The position numbers and the translations under genes were made by a program. Source: Ptychomitrium polyphyllum (Eukaryota). Taken from it: a stretch of 64,000 nucleotides of DNA. The notes beneath the pieces were generated by a model. That model was not told the origin of the DNA and searched no databases. It was given only the letters and a program-made list of their open reading frames with translations. Shown here one piece after another: positions 51,582 to 64,000 of this stretch; the stretch's first letter is position 1, and every line of letters begins with the position of its first letter. Location: NCBI GenBank assembly GCA_973851085.1, contig OZ316775.1:11594001-11658000 (forward strand), given 5' to 3'.

Positions 51582-53994
51582 TTACTGGGTTTCACCTAAT
51601 CCTACCTCAACCTGATACCGCTTCAAGGCTACTACGCTAATATTACAGCGTGAGCACTTAAAATTCCTGTCTGAAAGGCTTCTAGTGCGAAGACAATAAT
51701 AGCAGTAAAAATGGCAACATGGAAGAGCCATATACGGGGTAATAATGGGGCATGCCTCACATATTGGGCATGCATCCTCAGGTAGACTGGACGCAGGGGT
51801 TTGGGTGGAAAAGGGAAACATAAGAACTTTCCGTATGGACATCATGTTCAGAAGAGGAAGAACCAACAATAATAATTCCTGCATGCACAAAATGGCAAGT
51901 GGAGAACAATCAAAAACAAAGAAAACCAAATCAACATATTCCACATGCTTAAATGGGCCAATCAGTTGAAGATAACAATCAGTAGAAAACATGGAAGCTC
52001 AAAGATGGACTAAATGATACTCAATGCCAGCCAGTTGTTTGATATCTTTCACCAATACTCTAGTTCATGTAATAATAACATACATATCGAAGGGAAGTAA
52101 TACTTACAGAGAACTCGTGCCAGACAAGTTGTCGATTCATGTATTCGAAACTAACAGCTCGGTTCATGTCAGGTTTTTCATAAACCAAGCGGGCACCCAA
52201 AAGTCTCTCTACTATGCTTGGATATCTGCAAAGAAACACCACTTGTTCGAACCCCAGGTGCAGCAACTGCTATAAAACAGAAATTGAAGAACATAGCAGC
52301 TAAATCAAAGAAAAGTTCAAAACATCTTCAGAAATACTACACAACCTAGCAACACAACCTAGCACGAGTAATAGAAACAATAGCTCACCTTCCAGAGTGA
52401 AGAAACAGGATAAGGTTGGCAAACCCAGCTATTTTATACAAGCTCTCTATTTTCTGCAAGAGTAACCATGCACGACGAGCCCATGATGTCTGCCATTGCA
52501 AGTCAACAACTAAGTCAGGCAGGAATTTCATAACTGAACTGTCTATCCTACACACAACTAAACAGGCGAACACACTTCAATTCATGCGACTAGGGATGAT
52601 GAAAGTGTCAATTACCCTTTGTCGGTCCCCCCAGCGTTGAAAAGCAGATATGAGTTGAAGGCGAGCCCACGCATATCGGCCTCCAACCACAAACAAACAA
52701 TAAAGAATTTTCTGCGTTTTGGTCAACCCAGCTCCCTCTAAACCTGTCCTCACTGCTCAACAGGCACATAGCATCAGAGGATTAAAATTATTGCCCCGTA
52801 ATCTTCCAATGTTCAGCACTAAACTGCTACAGCATTGAACCATATCGGTGCCAGTACTAGTGAGGAAATGAATAAATATCATGTAGTATGCTTCCTTGAC
52901 ACTCTAGATTCAACTGACCTCTGCCAAAATTCAGATATGTCTTATATGAGCGCTCATTGCGATAGCGCAAGTTCATCAAAGCATTTCCAGGCGTTGGCTT
53001 GTCCACCCAAATAGAAAAACGCCACACCAGAAATTCTAAAAATGCATTAAGCTCGGGTTCATATCGTAACAGAAGACCTGGCTGCAAAGAAGGAATAAGT
53101 CAGAAATAAAATGATTTTGGTTCACGATGATAACAAACAAACAAAGATTGTTGCGGAAATAGAAAACCGGGACTTCCACAATTGCCGACTATTCTGATGT
53201 AGGATAAGCCATCATGAAAGCAAACCAGCACCAGAACATACCTGTGACAGGGAAAAAACTTTACTAAGTTGCTCCCTGAGCATAGCCGTCATCTCTACAT
53301 CAAGCCTTGCAGCATCTATCTGGTTGACTCTCAAGATAGGAATATCTGGAACTCTCTGATGTAAAACCACAACCACCAACACGATATTCATACACTCAAA
53401 CCCGCTTCTTAACATTTTTCTGCAGATATGGATTGCAAAACCTAAAATTTCTTGTTGATCCACCTCACTCCCTTCTAACCAACGACATCTTTATTACTTA
53501 ATTTCCAGTAAACCCTAAATCCTAAACCTAGCAGTGCAGAGCGATACTTGAAAATTGATTCAAAATGGACGTGAACCGGTAACTTCTGGCGTCGTGCGAG
53601 ACAGTGTCGATCCAAGAAATAAACCCGAGCTATCACACAAACCAACCTTTACAGTACGATTGCTCTTTGAATCATCAGCACCCTCAGATAATAAAAAACA
53701 TGCGAGCAAACACCCGGATTTTCATTAATTTTCCTGCAATCGCCCTACGCTCGCAGCTTCTAATCATATGCACCACAATCTCTAATCAAAACTGGCCCCC
53801 AAGTAAGACCAACCACAGGCCGATTAATAACCTGCAAAACTACTCACCTTTGCCTTGGTACGCATCTGCTGCCACTGCGGCGCAATCGCACGCCATGCTT
53901 GTTGCCAAGCGTCAGCTGGGGGAGCTCCAACTCCACCACCTCTCCCAACCGCTTCACGAGACCCTCCCGAGCTCTGCGGATCCGCGGGAGCCAT
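51582..53994 (-). CDS. PEX2: Peroxisome biogenesis factor 2 (RING peroxin)
   Basis: Exons 53994-53848, 53355-53242, 53081-52919, 52752-52616, 52489-52389, 52225-52108, 51878-51582. RVNQIDAARLD, YEPELNAFL..FSIWVDKPTPGNALMNLRYR, NLILFL.GRYPS, RAVSFEYMNRQLVWHEFSE, and RING CPIC..PCCHFYCYYC..CSRC. Confidence 0.96.
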
Positions 53995-54879
53995 CCTTGC
54001 AAACACCCTCTCGCGCTACTCACACAGAGCACTTAAAAATGGGCAGATATCCACAACATGGAGAACTGCCCCTAAATCCGAAACCTCCAATCACCCATCG
54101 CACAATTTCCTTCCTTCCAAGCCTCCAAATCTCCGACCTACACACGCAGAATCAACTTGGCCATAAGAACCGACCTCAAAAAACAGAAACACAAAACCCT
54201 TCCACATACCTCCAACTCATCAAACATCTGTCTCACACGAGACTCACCTCTATCACCAAACCAAAACCCACACCATGCCTCAAAATTCAAAAGCTGGTTA
54301 ACAAAGTGCAACCTGCATGTGTACCCTAATTAATCTAAAACCTCCGTCATAATCCCCTGCAGCTTCCGCCACCGATCGTCTTTCCTGCAGGCCGAAGTGG
54401 CGTCCATGACCTCACTCTCTCAATTCGCTTTTCAAAGCATCATCTCTGCGAGACTAGTAAATTGCTCTAATACGGTTGCGGTTATTCAGCGACGCAAGCT
54501 CATGTCGTGACCTCTGCTTTCTGTTTTGTCGTCCACGACATTCGATGATCTTGAAAACTTGAAGATTTTGAGAGTCACATCTACCAGGGTGGCGAGCATT
54601 TAAGGAACCCTCTTGGCCTGCGGCAATTGCTGCGGACGGTACCTACGGTGCGACAACCGCAGCGATCGACTGCCATCTTATCTCATCCCAGGAACTCATG
54701 CAACCCGTTGTATCCCAACCCTGCTCTCGCAACACCGAAATCATAGCGATAGCGTGCAAATGATTCTTCTCAAGTCGTATCCACAATCCTCCCAGTCGAG
54801 CTTCTCAATTTAGTGCGCCACTTCGTCCATGGCTGGAGCGCACTGACTGTCCCTAAACTCCCTGGGAACTGCAGTTGCA

Positions 54880-57800
54880 ATGCAATCTATGGCGTGTGCT
54901 GGTCTGCTGAGTCATTATGTGCCTCTGGGAGTGAGTTCATCGTCGAGCTCATCTTCGTTCTGGGGTCCATCTGCTGCTGGAAATGAGTTCCAGTGGGAGC
55001 CAGCGAGGAGAATTTGGAATGAGGTGGAAGTTGTGGCGCAGAGAGCAGGTGGGAGAGGATACCGCGGTGCAGGTGGGCGAGGGGATAGGAACTGGGGTCA
55101 GAATCGGAGCGGCTCCGGGACGTTGTCCAGAGATTATGGTCGAAACGATTATAGTTCGAAAGAGGGTTCTGAAGGAGGAAGAGAAGCGTTTAGTAGGGGA
55201 CGAGGGCGAGGGCGAGAGCGAGGGCGAGGAGGGGAGTCAGGGGAAAGTTACGGGGGCGGGTATGGGAGCTCTTCGTTTTACGGCAACGACAGGAGGGGCG
55301 CTTCGGGGTACAGAGGCAATGGGAGGGGTTACAAGGGCTCAGGATATAGGAGTACGAGAGGGAGAGGGAGAGGGCCCCAGAGGTATGGCGCGCTGCGGAA
55401 GGCAGCTGAGAAGAAGATGCACGAGGGGGCGTTTGAGGTTCTGGATGAGGAGACGGGGGAGACGGTGGTAGTGTGGGGGGTTGAGGATTCTGATTCTCTC
55501 CCGCAGCCGAGTGCGGAAGATTTGAAGTGGAAACCGACTACCATGGCGATTGCTGGAGATGTGTCGGAGGAGGGTTGGTACAAGGCTATGGAAGCTTCGA
55601 TGGATGGACCATCGGGTGCTTTTAGTGTGAAGGGCGTGCGGCAGGGTGGTAGGATGTTTTGCAGCATAATTTTTTCGATTTTGGCAGTCAGGGTTCAGGG
55701 TTTAGGGTTTAAGGTGGAGTGGCTAATGTATCATATGGTGTGGCAAGGAAGGGCAATGCATGTGCTTAGAGGTTCTGTGAATCTCGGAGTTCAAAAGGCC
55801 AACTATTTTTGATTTTAAGTGTTTTTACGGTCAGGAATATGGTGTGAGGGTTTGACAGATTTTGGGGAGGGCCTCATGAATTTGGATACATGCTGGTGAA
55901 TTTCAGGTGTTTACGGTGATGAGGACGAAGACGACGACATGGAGGATGACATGTATGAATCTGATTATGATGAAGACGAAGATGAGCTTGATGATAAACC
56001 ATCAAATCACTTGCCAGAAGAGCCTCGAGTTGTCAAAACCGTAAGACCTGCGAGGCTCAGGGTGTTTGGTCGGGATTTTAAGCAGAAGGACGTTTTGAAA
56101 TTTGAGGCTTCTGAGGAAGTGCAGTTTGGACGGCAGGCTGAGTCTCCCCGTGATGGAGCTGTTGCACAGGAATTCAACCAAGAGTTTGGCTTGAATGGGG
56201 TGTTAGAATCTGTTGTTTGTGTTGATAATAGTAGTGATGTTGACGACGACGTTGAGCAATCTTGGCCGCCTGCTGGACATCTCTTGACTGGATCTCCCAA
56301 AACTGGATCAGCTGTAGCTCCTCTAAGTGACAGTAATGTCGCCGGAAGAATGTCTGGCAAGAGGTCTTCGTCTAGTTATAATTCTATCGACAACCTTTCC
56401 ACTGAGGAGGTAGTTGATCAACAATGGCCACCTGTTGGAACTGTTTTCTCTGGGGACTCTAGTGTTTCATTTTCTCGTGATATTCCTGATGAAGCTTCTG
56501 ACGTAGGCTCCTCCGAGAGTGACTCCTCTGACAGAGGTGATTCATCTGATAATGTTTCCTCTACTCTCAAACTTTGCTTACTGAATAATTGTGGGAATCA
56601 GCTTTTGAAATACTTTATTTCTAGTTTGCTCTTTGGTGAATTACAGGATAAGAAGGGATTTACTCTAGCGGCATATATATTGCATGGAGAGGTTTTACAG
56701 TGAAGTAGTATGTCACTGTACTTTGTAATTGCCCTCTTCTTTGGATTGAAACAGCTGTACAAAGAAGCTTTGATCTGCGTTCTGTAGGTTAATGACAATG
56801 AGTCACGCAAGATGTTTGTCACTATTTTACACTAGGACGGATTCTAAACATGTTCTTTTGCAGGAAATGTTGAGTCGCGGTCCTGGCCACCACAGGGGTT
56901 CATGACCGAGGATGGATATACATCAGAAGAAAACGCGTCGACAAGTTTTCAGCCAGTCGAATCAAGAAGAGGAACATCGAGCCTATCTATGTCTGGTAGA
57001 AGTAAACAAACTGCTTGGAAGGATGTAGAGCTTGTTGTTAGGGAGGATGATTGGAAACAAGGAGGCATGAACCCGGGGATTGTAGACATCGACGATGAGG
57101 ATGGTTATGATGATGACTACAAAGGTAGAAGAATAGTAGACCGAAAGCCACGTGAATCTGTCCCTGTGCGGTCAAATCTTTTAGATGAATTGAGGTTACA
57201 AACACACAGGAAGCCAGAGTCTAAAGCTGAGGTCGAAGATGTGAAAAACACTGGCGCGAAGGGAGAAACTGCTATGTCACAAGTGGCTGGTTCAAAGGAG
57301 CAGGATCCTAGCAGTGTGACTGTGGTTCGACCTCGGGGTTTTAGGGACTTAAAGGCACGGAGTAATTACGATCCAAGCTTAGCCGCGGAGTTTTTTAGTA
57401 CAAAGTCCTTCAAGGATGTGGGTGCTTCTGAGGAGGTCATTGCTGCTCTTATGACCCTTCAATTAAGGAAACCTTCTGCAATTCAGGTAAGTTAAAGGTC
57501 AAATTTCTAAAACCTGTGTGTTGGCAAATCTCGCAGTATCAGGTTTAGGTGTTCAGCGTTGGGCTTTGGCCTTTCTTACTACTTTTGTCTCTGTTGATGA
57601 ACTTGCAGTACCCATCAGTCACCTTTACTCGTTTAAATGACAATGTGGGCGCGCATTTAGAGACAATTTTCTAGTCGTTAATCCGATTTGTGAGCGTAGT
57701 TTGAAAGTGTTATAAAAGAAGCTTCTTTTTATTTAAGTGAATGAGAGAGTGATGGTCGTGCTGCTTAGTTACTCGAGTGATATGTTGCAGGCCATGGCAT

Positions 57801-60294
57801 TCAAGCCAATCTTGGAAGGACAGAGCTGCATTGTTGCGGATCAAACAGGATCAGGCAAGACCCTCGCCTACCTCTCTCCTCTGGTTCAAATGTTGCGGGC
57901 AGAGGAAGGAAAGGGCGACACGAAGAAATTAAACAAAAAGCCTCGGGTACTTGTTTTGGTGCCCACGAGCGAGCTGGCAGTCCAGGTTGGTACATTTTAT
58001 TCTTCTGTATCTTTTATGCTCGTTCAATTTGAGCATGTCAGTATAAATATAATGCTCACGAAGCAATATGAGTTCTTACGTAAAATTTTCGGGCAGCTGT
58101 TTTGGATGACAGTGGCATCTGTTATAAGCACGCAGTAAACGACGTTCATTTTTTGACACAGCCTGTGGAGACTAAGTCGTTAGAAGGAATTCTTGTGGTA
58201 CCTTTTGTCGTGCTTAATTATTTTACGCTTGAGCATGATGTAACGAAAGCAGCGAAAGGTGGCCTCACAAAGGTACTATTATACTGGGTATCGTCAAATT
58301 GTGTATGACTGTCACAGGTACTCAATGTATGCCGGGCGTTTTCGAGGGGCGGAGCCCCCTTTAGATCCATCGTGTTGACTGGTGGATTTAAATGGAAGAC
58401 TCAAGTGGAAAGCTTGGCGCAAGGTGCTGATGTTGTGGTTGCTACTCCAGGCCGTTTCCTTCAACACCTTGAGAAAGGTTCCCTCAAGCTTGACAATCTT
58501 AAGGCGTATGCTCCTGCCCATTTGAGTTTCTATTTTGCCGAAAACTTGTAGGTTATTGAGCTTATTCAACTCAATTACTGATCATTGATGACCAGTGCAG
58601 GTTCATCTGGTCTCCAGATCTTAGTTGAAGAGAAGTTGACTTGGAAATATTTCTTACATGAGGACAATTCTTGCATTGGAGAAGCTGAGATTTTCTCTCC
58701 ACTTTTCCCTTGTAGAGCTGTTATTTCTTTCCCCCCTATTAACTAATCAGATGTCGTGATGCAGCACGGTGTTGGACGAAGTAGATATTCTGTATGATGA
58801 TCAAGAATTTACTGAAGTTCTGCAAACATTAGAGCAGGCAACATCAAAGCGTGTGCAGTATGTGCATGTGACAGCAACCCTTCCTCTTGACATACACGAC
58901 AGCCTTCTCACAAGATATCCTGACGCCATACCTTTGATGGGACCTACTTTGCATCGCACAGCTGTTGGCCTTCAAGAGGTTAGCACTCTTTATAAGTGTT
59001 CGTTACTCCTTTATTTGTTACTCTATTCGCTAGCCTGTCGATAGCGGAATGTATGTTGTGTGTTTCTACCTTCTTCTCGTTTAGATTTTGTGATTTTGAA
59101 AAAAGTTGTGGTTTTTCAAATTTTGTTTTTCTCGTGTTTTTAATAAGATTTTCTATGAGGGAACAGGTGCTGGTGGACTGCAGTGGAACAGAAGGAGAGG
59201 AGAAGACGCCTGAAAAAGCCTTTTTGAGCAAGAAATCAGCGCTCCTACAATTAGTAGAGCAAAGGCCTGTCTCAAAAACAATAGTCTTCTGTAACAAGGT
59301 AAACCTGCGTTTAGAGACGCTAGACAATTATTCAAAGAATTATTTTATCAAGTGTTCGTGTTACTGTGGGTAATTAGAGCATACATTTTCACACAGCTGT
59401 CCGTGCACATACACTTGCAGAGAACGAAATTGATACATGGCATGATTAAGCTGGTAATTTACAGTTGCACTCTTCTTTTTGCGTGCAGATTGAGACATGC
59501 AGGGATGTCGAAAATGCACTAACCCGCCATGACCGCGGTGGCACTAAGCTCACGGTGCTTCCATACCATGCAGCCCTTTCACAAGAGGCGAGACTTGAAA
59601 GTATGCAGCAGTTTCTGGAATCGCAACCGAGCAAGAGTCTGTTTCTCGTCTGCACAGACAGGTACGACGTTTATGTCCCCCTCACAGGCTGCTTGATTAT
59701 TGAGGTCCGTGTATTTAAGTAATCAGACAGTGGGTTGTTCTTGACCTCAAGGTTTATATGTATCTTTGAAGTAGGAATCATTTAAAAATGAAAACACAAA
59801 ACAGTTGCGTGATAGTGTTTTAGTCTTTCTTTTGTCCTGTTCAATCAGAGTCTTGTACATTCCGAATGTGAAACTGGTAGATGTCCTCCTCCAGATGGGC
59901 ACTGGTGGAGTGCTGACTGAGGTTTACCTTTGCTTTGTTAAAAGATGAACATGCGTTTTGTTGGTTTGTGAAGTCCGAGAAAGATCTGTATATTATCCTT
60001 TAGTGGCCTTTGGGCAGTTGATTGATAAAAGCTAAGAGTGATTATGTATGTGCATTCAGAGCGTCGCGGGGATTAGATTCCTTCGATGTGGAGCATGTGG
60101 TACTTTTTGACTTTCCTCGTGATCCAAGCGAGTATGTAAGACGAGTTGGCAGAACTGCCAGAGGTGCAGGAGGCACAGGAAAGGTGTTTGTTTTTGCTCT
60201 TGGGAAACAAGTAGCCATGGCAAGGCGAATCATGGCTAGAAACGAAAAAGGACGTCCAATTCACGACATTCCTGAGAGTGCTTACGAGACTTGA
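54880..60294 (+). CDS. RH50: DEAD-box RNA helicase, RH50-like (plastid), with long RGG/acidic N-terminal extension
   Basis: Exons 54880-55648, 55907-56536, 56864-57486, 57791-57984, 58318-58505, 58765-58978, 59167-59298, 59489-59661, 60060-60294. Q motif [58 protein letters not shown]. Confidence 0.9.
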
Positions 60295-61434
60295 AGTTAC
60301 ATTTTCCAACCACTTCCGTCCCTTCCACATGTTTTCATGGCATTTTTAGATAGCAATATTTATAGTATTAGCGCCGGCACAATAGTACATCCGATTTCTG
60401 CAGTGCAATAGCATCGCAGGATTTGGATAGCCCTGCAGCACATGAGTTCTTAGAAGTTCACATGCTAACATACACGACAATAATCTTTATTTGGAGAACT
60501 TGAACCTTAGAGCAGTGATATTAAAAGTGAAGTATTCCGTTGGAGAATTGACGAATCTCTTTTGCAGAATGTATTAAATAGAACTGTGAATCCTTTTACA
60601 TCGGGACTTCTTGACAATATCAGTAATTGATTGCGCAAATACATCACCTATTTGCCTTCTAAGACACTTGAAAAGCCCACACCACCAACACTGCAGAAAT
60701 TTTACCTTTCTCTTGTTCTTACCCAGTGAGTGATTCCTGAGCATAGATATAAACAAATGTAACATGCATGCAACTAGGTCTATTGGAGGTGAAAATTGCA
60801 CTAATTTACTACCAACGAATCAGCGAGCCCTTTGACTTGCAATTTACTACTTATTCCATAATTCTCCATAGCACTTTCAGGAGTGGACACCAGGAAGCGG
60901 AATATCCGAATCAATTTGGGAATACTGTCTGCTTCAAATTCGTGAACTTACACTTAGTCACCGACGAAGAGTCGTAACTGTAAGTATAGGTAATTCAAAT
61001 TAAATATAGCACCCTGTCATCCAGCATGCTGGAAAATGATTTGTCCACGAGCCTGCTGGTAGTTTGACATGGTGCGTTGCAACAGGCAAAGCACACTGAA
61101 CGAGTTTTATCATTCAGAGTGGTAACTCCTTCGACACTGTAAGAGCCACTTCGAAGCACACTTACCAACGAGCTTCTCCGGATCTGCAATCCCAATTGGA
61201 ACAGAATCCCCGTCTCATGCCCTGCTTCCTAGCACATGCACCAAGGAAGTTATCACTCGCTTGCAGCCTTGCTCTTGCCAGTGTTGCAAGCTCAACTGCC
61301 GTGACCGCAAAACAGTAGAAATATTTGATACAAGAAGATTCTAGTGAAGTTTGTGCTCGCAGTTTAGATTGCTCGTGGTGTGGTGATGTTGCGGAATTGG
61401 AGCAGACTGTGGAGTGTTGAGAATCTTTGAAGCC

Positions 61435-62895
61435 ATGGCAGCTTTGAAGGCTGCTCGACCTCTGCTAGCGAACGAATTCACCGCGGTCAAGCTGGGAGCC
61501 ATAGAGCTGACGAAGAGCGTCACGAGCAGCGTGAGGTTTGGCAATGTCGCAGAGAAGAGGAGCTTTCAGGGAGCCAGGGCGCAGGCGGTAGCGGCCCCTG
61601 TTGTTGCAGCGCACCACCCAGGGAAGGAGAGGGTGGACATTCTGGCGGAGGCCTTGCCGTTCATTCAGCGGTTTCAAGGAAAGACGGTGGTGGTGAAGTA
61701 TGGCGGGGCGGCCATGAAGGATGAGTCCTTGAAGGACGGCGTCATCAAGGACCTGGTGCTGCTCTCCTGCGTGGGCATGAAGTGCGTGCTGGTCCATGGC
61801 GGAGGGCCTGAGATCAACCAGTGGCTCTCCAAGGTCGGCATCGAGCCTCACTTCAAGAACGGCTTGCGCGTCACCGACGCCGCCACCATGGAGGTCGTCG
61901 AGATGGTTCTTGTTGGCAAGGTAAGCACACAGTCTGACCCCACTGTGTTGAAAATGGCAATTTCTACCTCGTTTGACGCCATATTTTAAAACCCCATTCC
62001 TGGGTTATGATCAATTTTGTGCGCCATTTAGCTGGAACGATTAGGTAAGAGATATAGCAATTTGCGACGTCCTCGGTCTTCAACTTCGTATTTTGCGGGG
62101 TGGTCAATTGGCGAAGTGAATTTCTGTTGGTTTCTCGATCAAGTTGGTGTAGAGTCCGACACAATTGCAGATGGATGAGAAAAGCTTACACAAACTTTTG
62201 AATGTGTACTAATGAAGGGACGTTTCTAATGCTTGTATTGAATTACCAGCTCCTATTAAAGTTGTTGGACATGAATGCATACTCTTTCGCAGCGACTAAT
62301 ATAGAGTTGTTAAACCTTGGGAGATGGCTTTCTTGTGCATGACCGATTGCAGGTAAACAAGTCTCTTGTTTCCCTCATCAACAAGGCAGGTGGCTGCGCT
62401 GTGGGAATGTGTGGCAAAGACGGCAAGATCATCACCGCCAGAGCAGCTGGCAATGACCTTGGGTTTGTGGGCGAGATCACGGCCATCGACACAACCGTGG
62501 TGCGTGGGATCCTAAACAACGGCCACCTCCCTGTGATCGCTTCTGTCGCAGCCGACAACGACGGCCAAGCGTACAACATCAACGCCGACATTGCGGCGGG
62601 TGAGATCGCGGCTTCTCTTGGGGCTGAGAAGCTAATTCTCATGACGGACGTGCAGGGCGTGATGCTGGACTACAAAGATAGCAGTACTCTGGTGCGCGAG
62701 GTGGACATCAAGGGCGTCCGGAAGCTCATTGCTGATGGAATTGTCTCCGGAGGTATGATTCCGAAGGTAGAATGCTGCGTGAGATCCCTTGCACAGGGCG
62801 TGCATGCGGCGCATATCATCGATGGGCGCGCTCCACATTCGTTGCTTCTCGAGGTTCTCACAGATGAGGGCGCTGGGACCATGATCACCGGCTGA
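61435..62895 (+). CDS. NAGK: N-acetylglutamate kinase, plastid precursor
   Basis: Exons 61435-61920 and 62353-62895. [77 protein letters not shown]. Confidence 0.97.
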
Positions 62896-64000
62896 TGAGC
62901 ACTCTTCTTCACATGGTGAGTAAATCTACCTTAGACAATAATCTTACATTAATCATGGCTACTTGCATGATATGAATTCCTCCTCATGAAGTGCCGTATG
63001 CCTTCTCTCATGGTTTTTGTTTTCAGCGTTCAGGCTTCGGTGTGAATTTATTTTTATTCTGGAAAGGCATATGAAGTATATACATTGCAGACTGACTCTT
63101 CCTCCTGCAATGGGCTTAATTTTGGTCATGAGTGAGTTTTATGTTTGGAACATGATCTCGCTGGGGAATTTGAGGTTCAAGGGATTCTTTGAGAGAAAAT
63201 CGATGGTTCAAATGGGTTCCGAAACCACAACTGGTCCAGATTCCTTGAGTTGCCTTCCAATAATTGAATCATCTTCCTATAATAGTCTTACTTCGGAAAG
63301 AGATTAAAGAGGCTGGAGTGTGTGTTTTTCCCTCCCTTCTTGTACTCAGCATTATCGTTCTGCTTCAGAAATCTTGAGACTCAACCGCTTAATGCAATCT
63401 GCGAGGAATTTTAATTATAGTTTTAGTTTAGTTTTTTAATTTATCTGCATACGGTAGGGGTCGTATAAGTAAGATAGTGTTAGGGAAAGATTCAATGCTT
63501 CGAGAATGTTTTTCGTAACCACGAAATATCTGTAGTTGACTGGAAAACCTTCGGTATAGACCTTGATCTTAGAGAACTTGCATTACAAGCACGGATTTTG
63601 TGAGCTTGATTTTATTTTTATTGTGATTCAAACTCTGCCCATCCTTTTGTACCTGGAGTGGAACAAAGACAAGGCGGTGATATGAACACACAGCACAATA
63701 GCGATTTGTTGATTTTCAAGGACAACTTTTCAAAATGGGACGAAGGAGGGTCACGGTGCTCACTGTTGTGGGCTCTGGAGAGGCCATTTGTCATTTTCCT
63801 TCCTGTGTTGTGTCAACTTTACTGTACCCGTACCTGTAATAATTTTTGCTTTCATGGATTACTTAAATGGCAGGTGTCGACGTTGTTACCAGTACATGAC
63901 AAAATGATTACTGGAAGACATCTACGTTGGCACCGCCCAAAGGGACAGTATATCAAATTCTGTGATAACCTGATATCTTCGAAATCAAATTCTTTGACAA

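Noticed and set aside
63017..63307. 96-aa ORF after NAGK
   Set aside because: Non-ATG start, lies in the probable 3'UTR, and has no motif.

Overview
Eukaryotic land-plant genomic DNA, most likely a moss (Physcomitrium/Funariaceae-like; inferred from the rbcS transit peptide and C-terminus style, GT-AG introns and a Tcn1-type chromovirus). 1-6018 holds a decayed Ty3/Gypsy chromovirus (minus strand). Its 5' LTR is apparently 5361-6018, and three more LTR copies of the same family lie nearby, one inserted in its own gag. These LTRs carry a ~31-bp tandem array and heat-shock elements, and the element has an 11-nt Tf1-like self-priming signature. A gene-rich block follows: an ASI1-like BAH protein, an internally duplicated Em/LEA gene, two near-identical intronless rbcS genes, an intronless class I RtcA-like cyclase, a histidine-phosphatase/PGM-like gene, a DTX46/EDS5-like MATE and RPL13. 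About 38.3-49.0 kb is a heavily decayed non-chromoviral Ty3/Gypsy element. Downstream of its integrase it carries the remnant of an intron-containing gene with the motif order of a beta-class N4-cytosine/N6-adenine DNA methyltransferase, the most interesting signal in the window. The window ends with PEX2, an RH50-like DEAD-box helicase and NAGK. All gene models were spliced by eye and family calls rest on motif recognition, not database searches.
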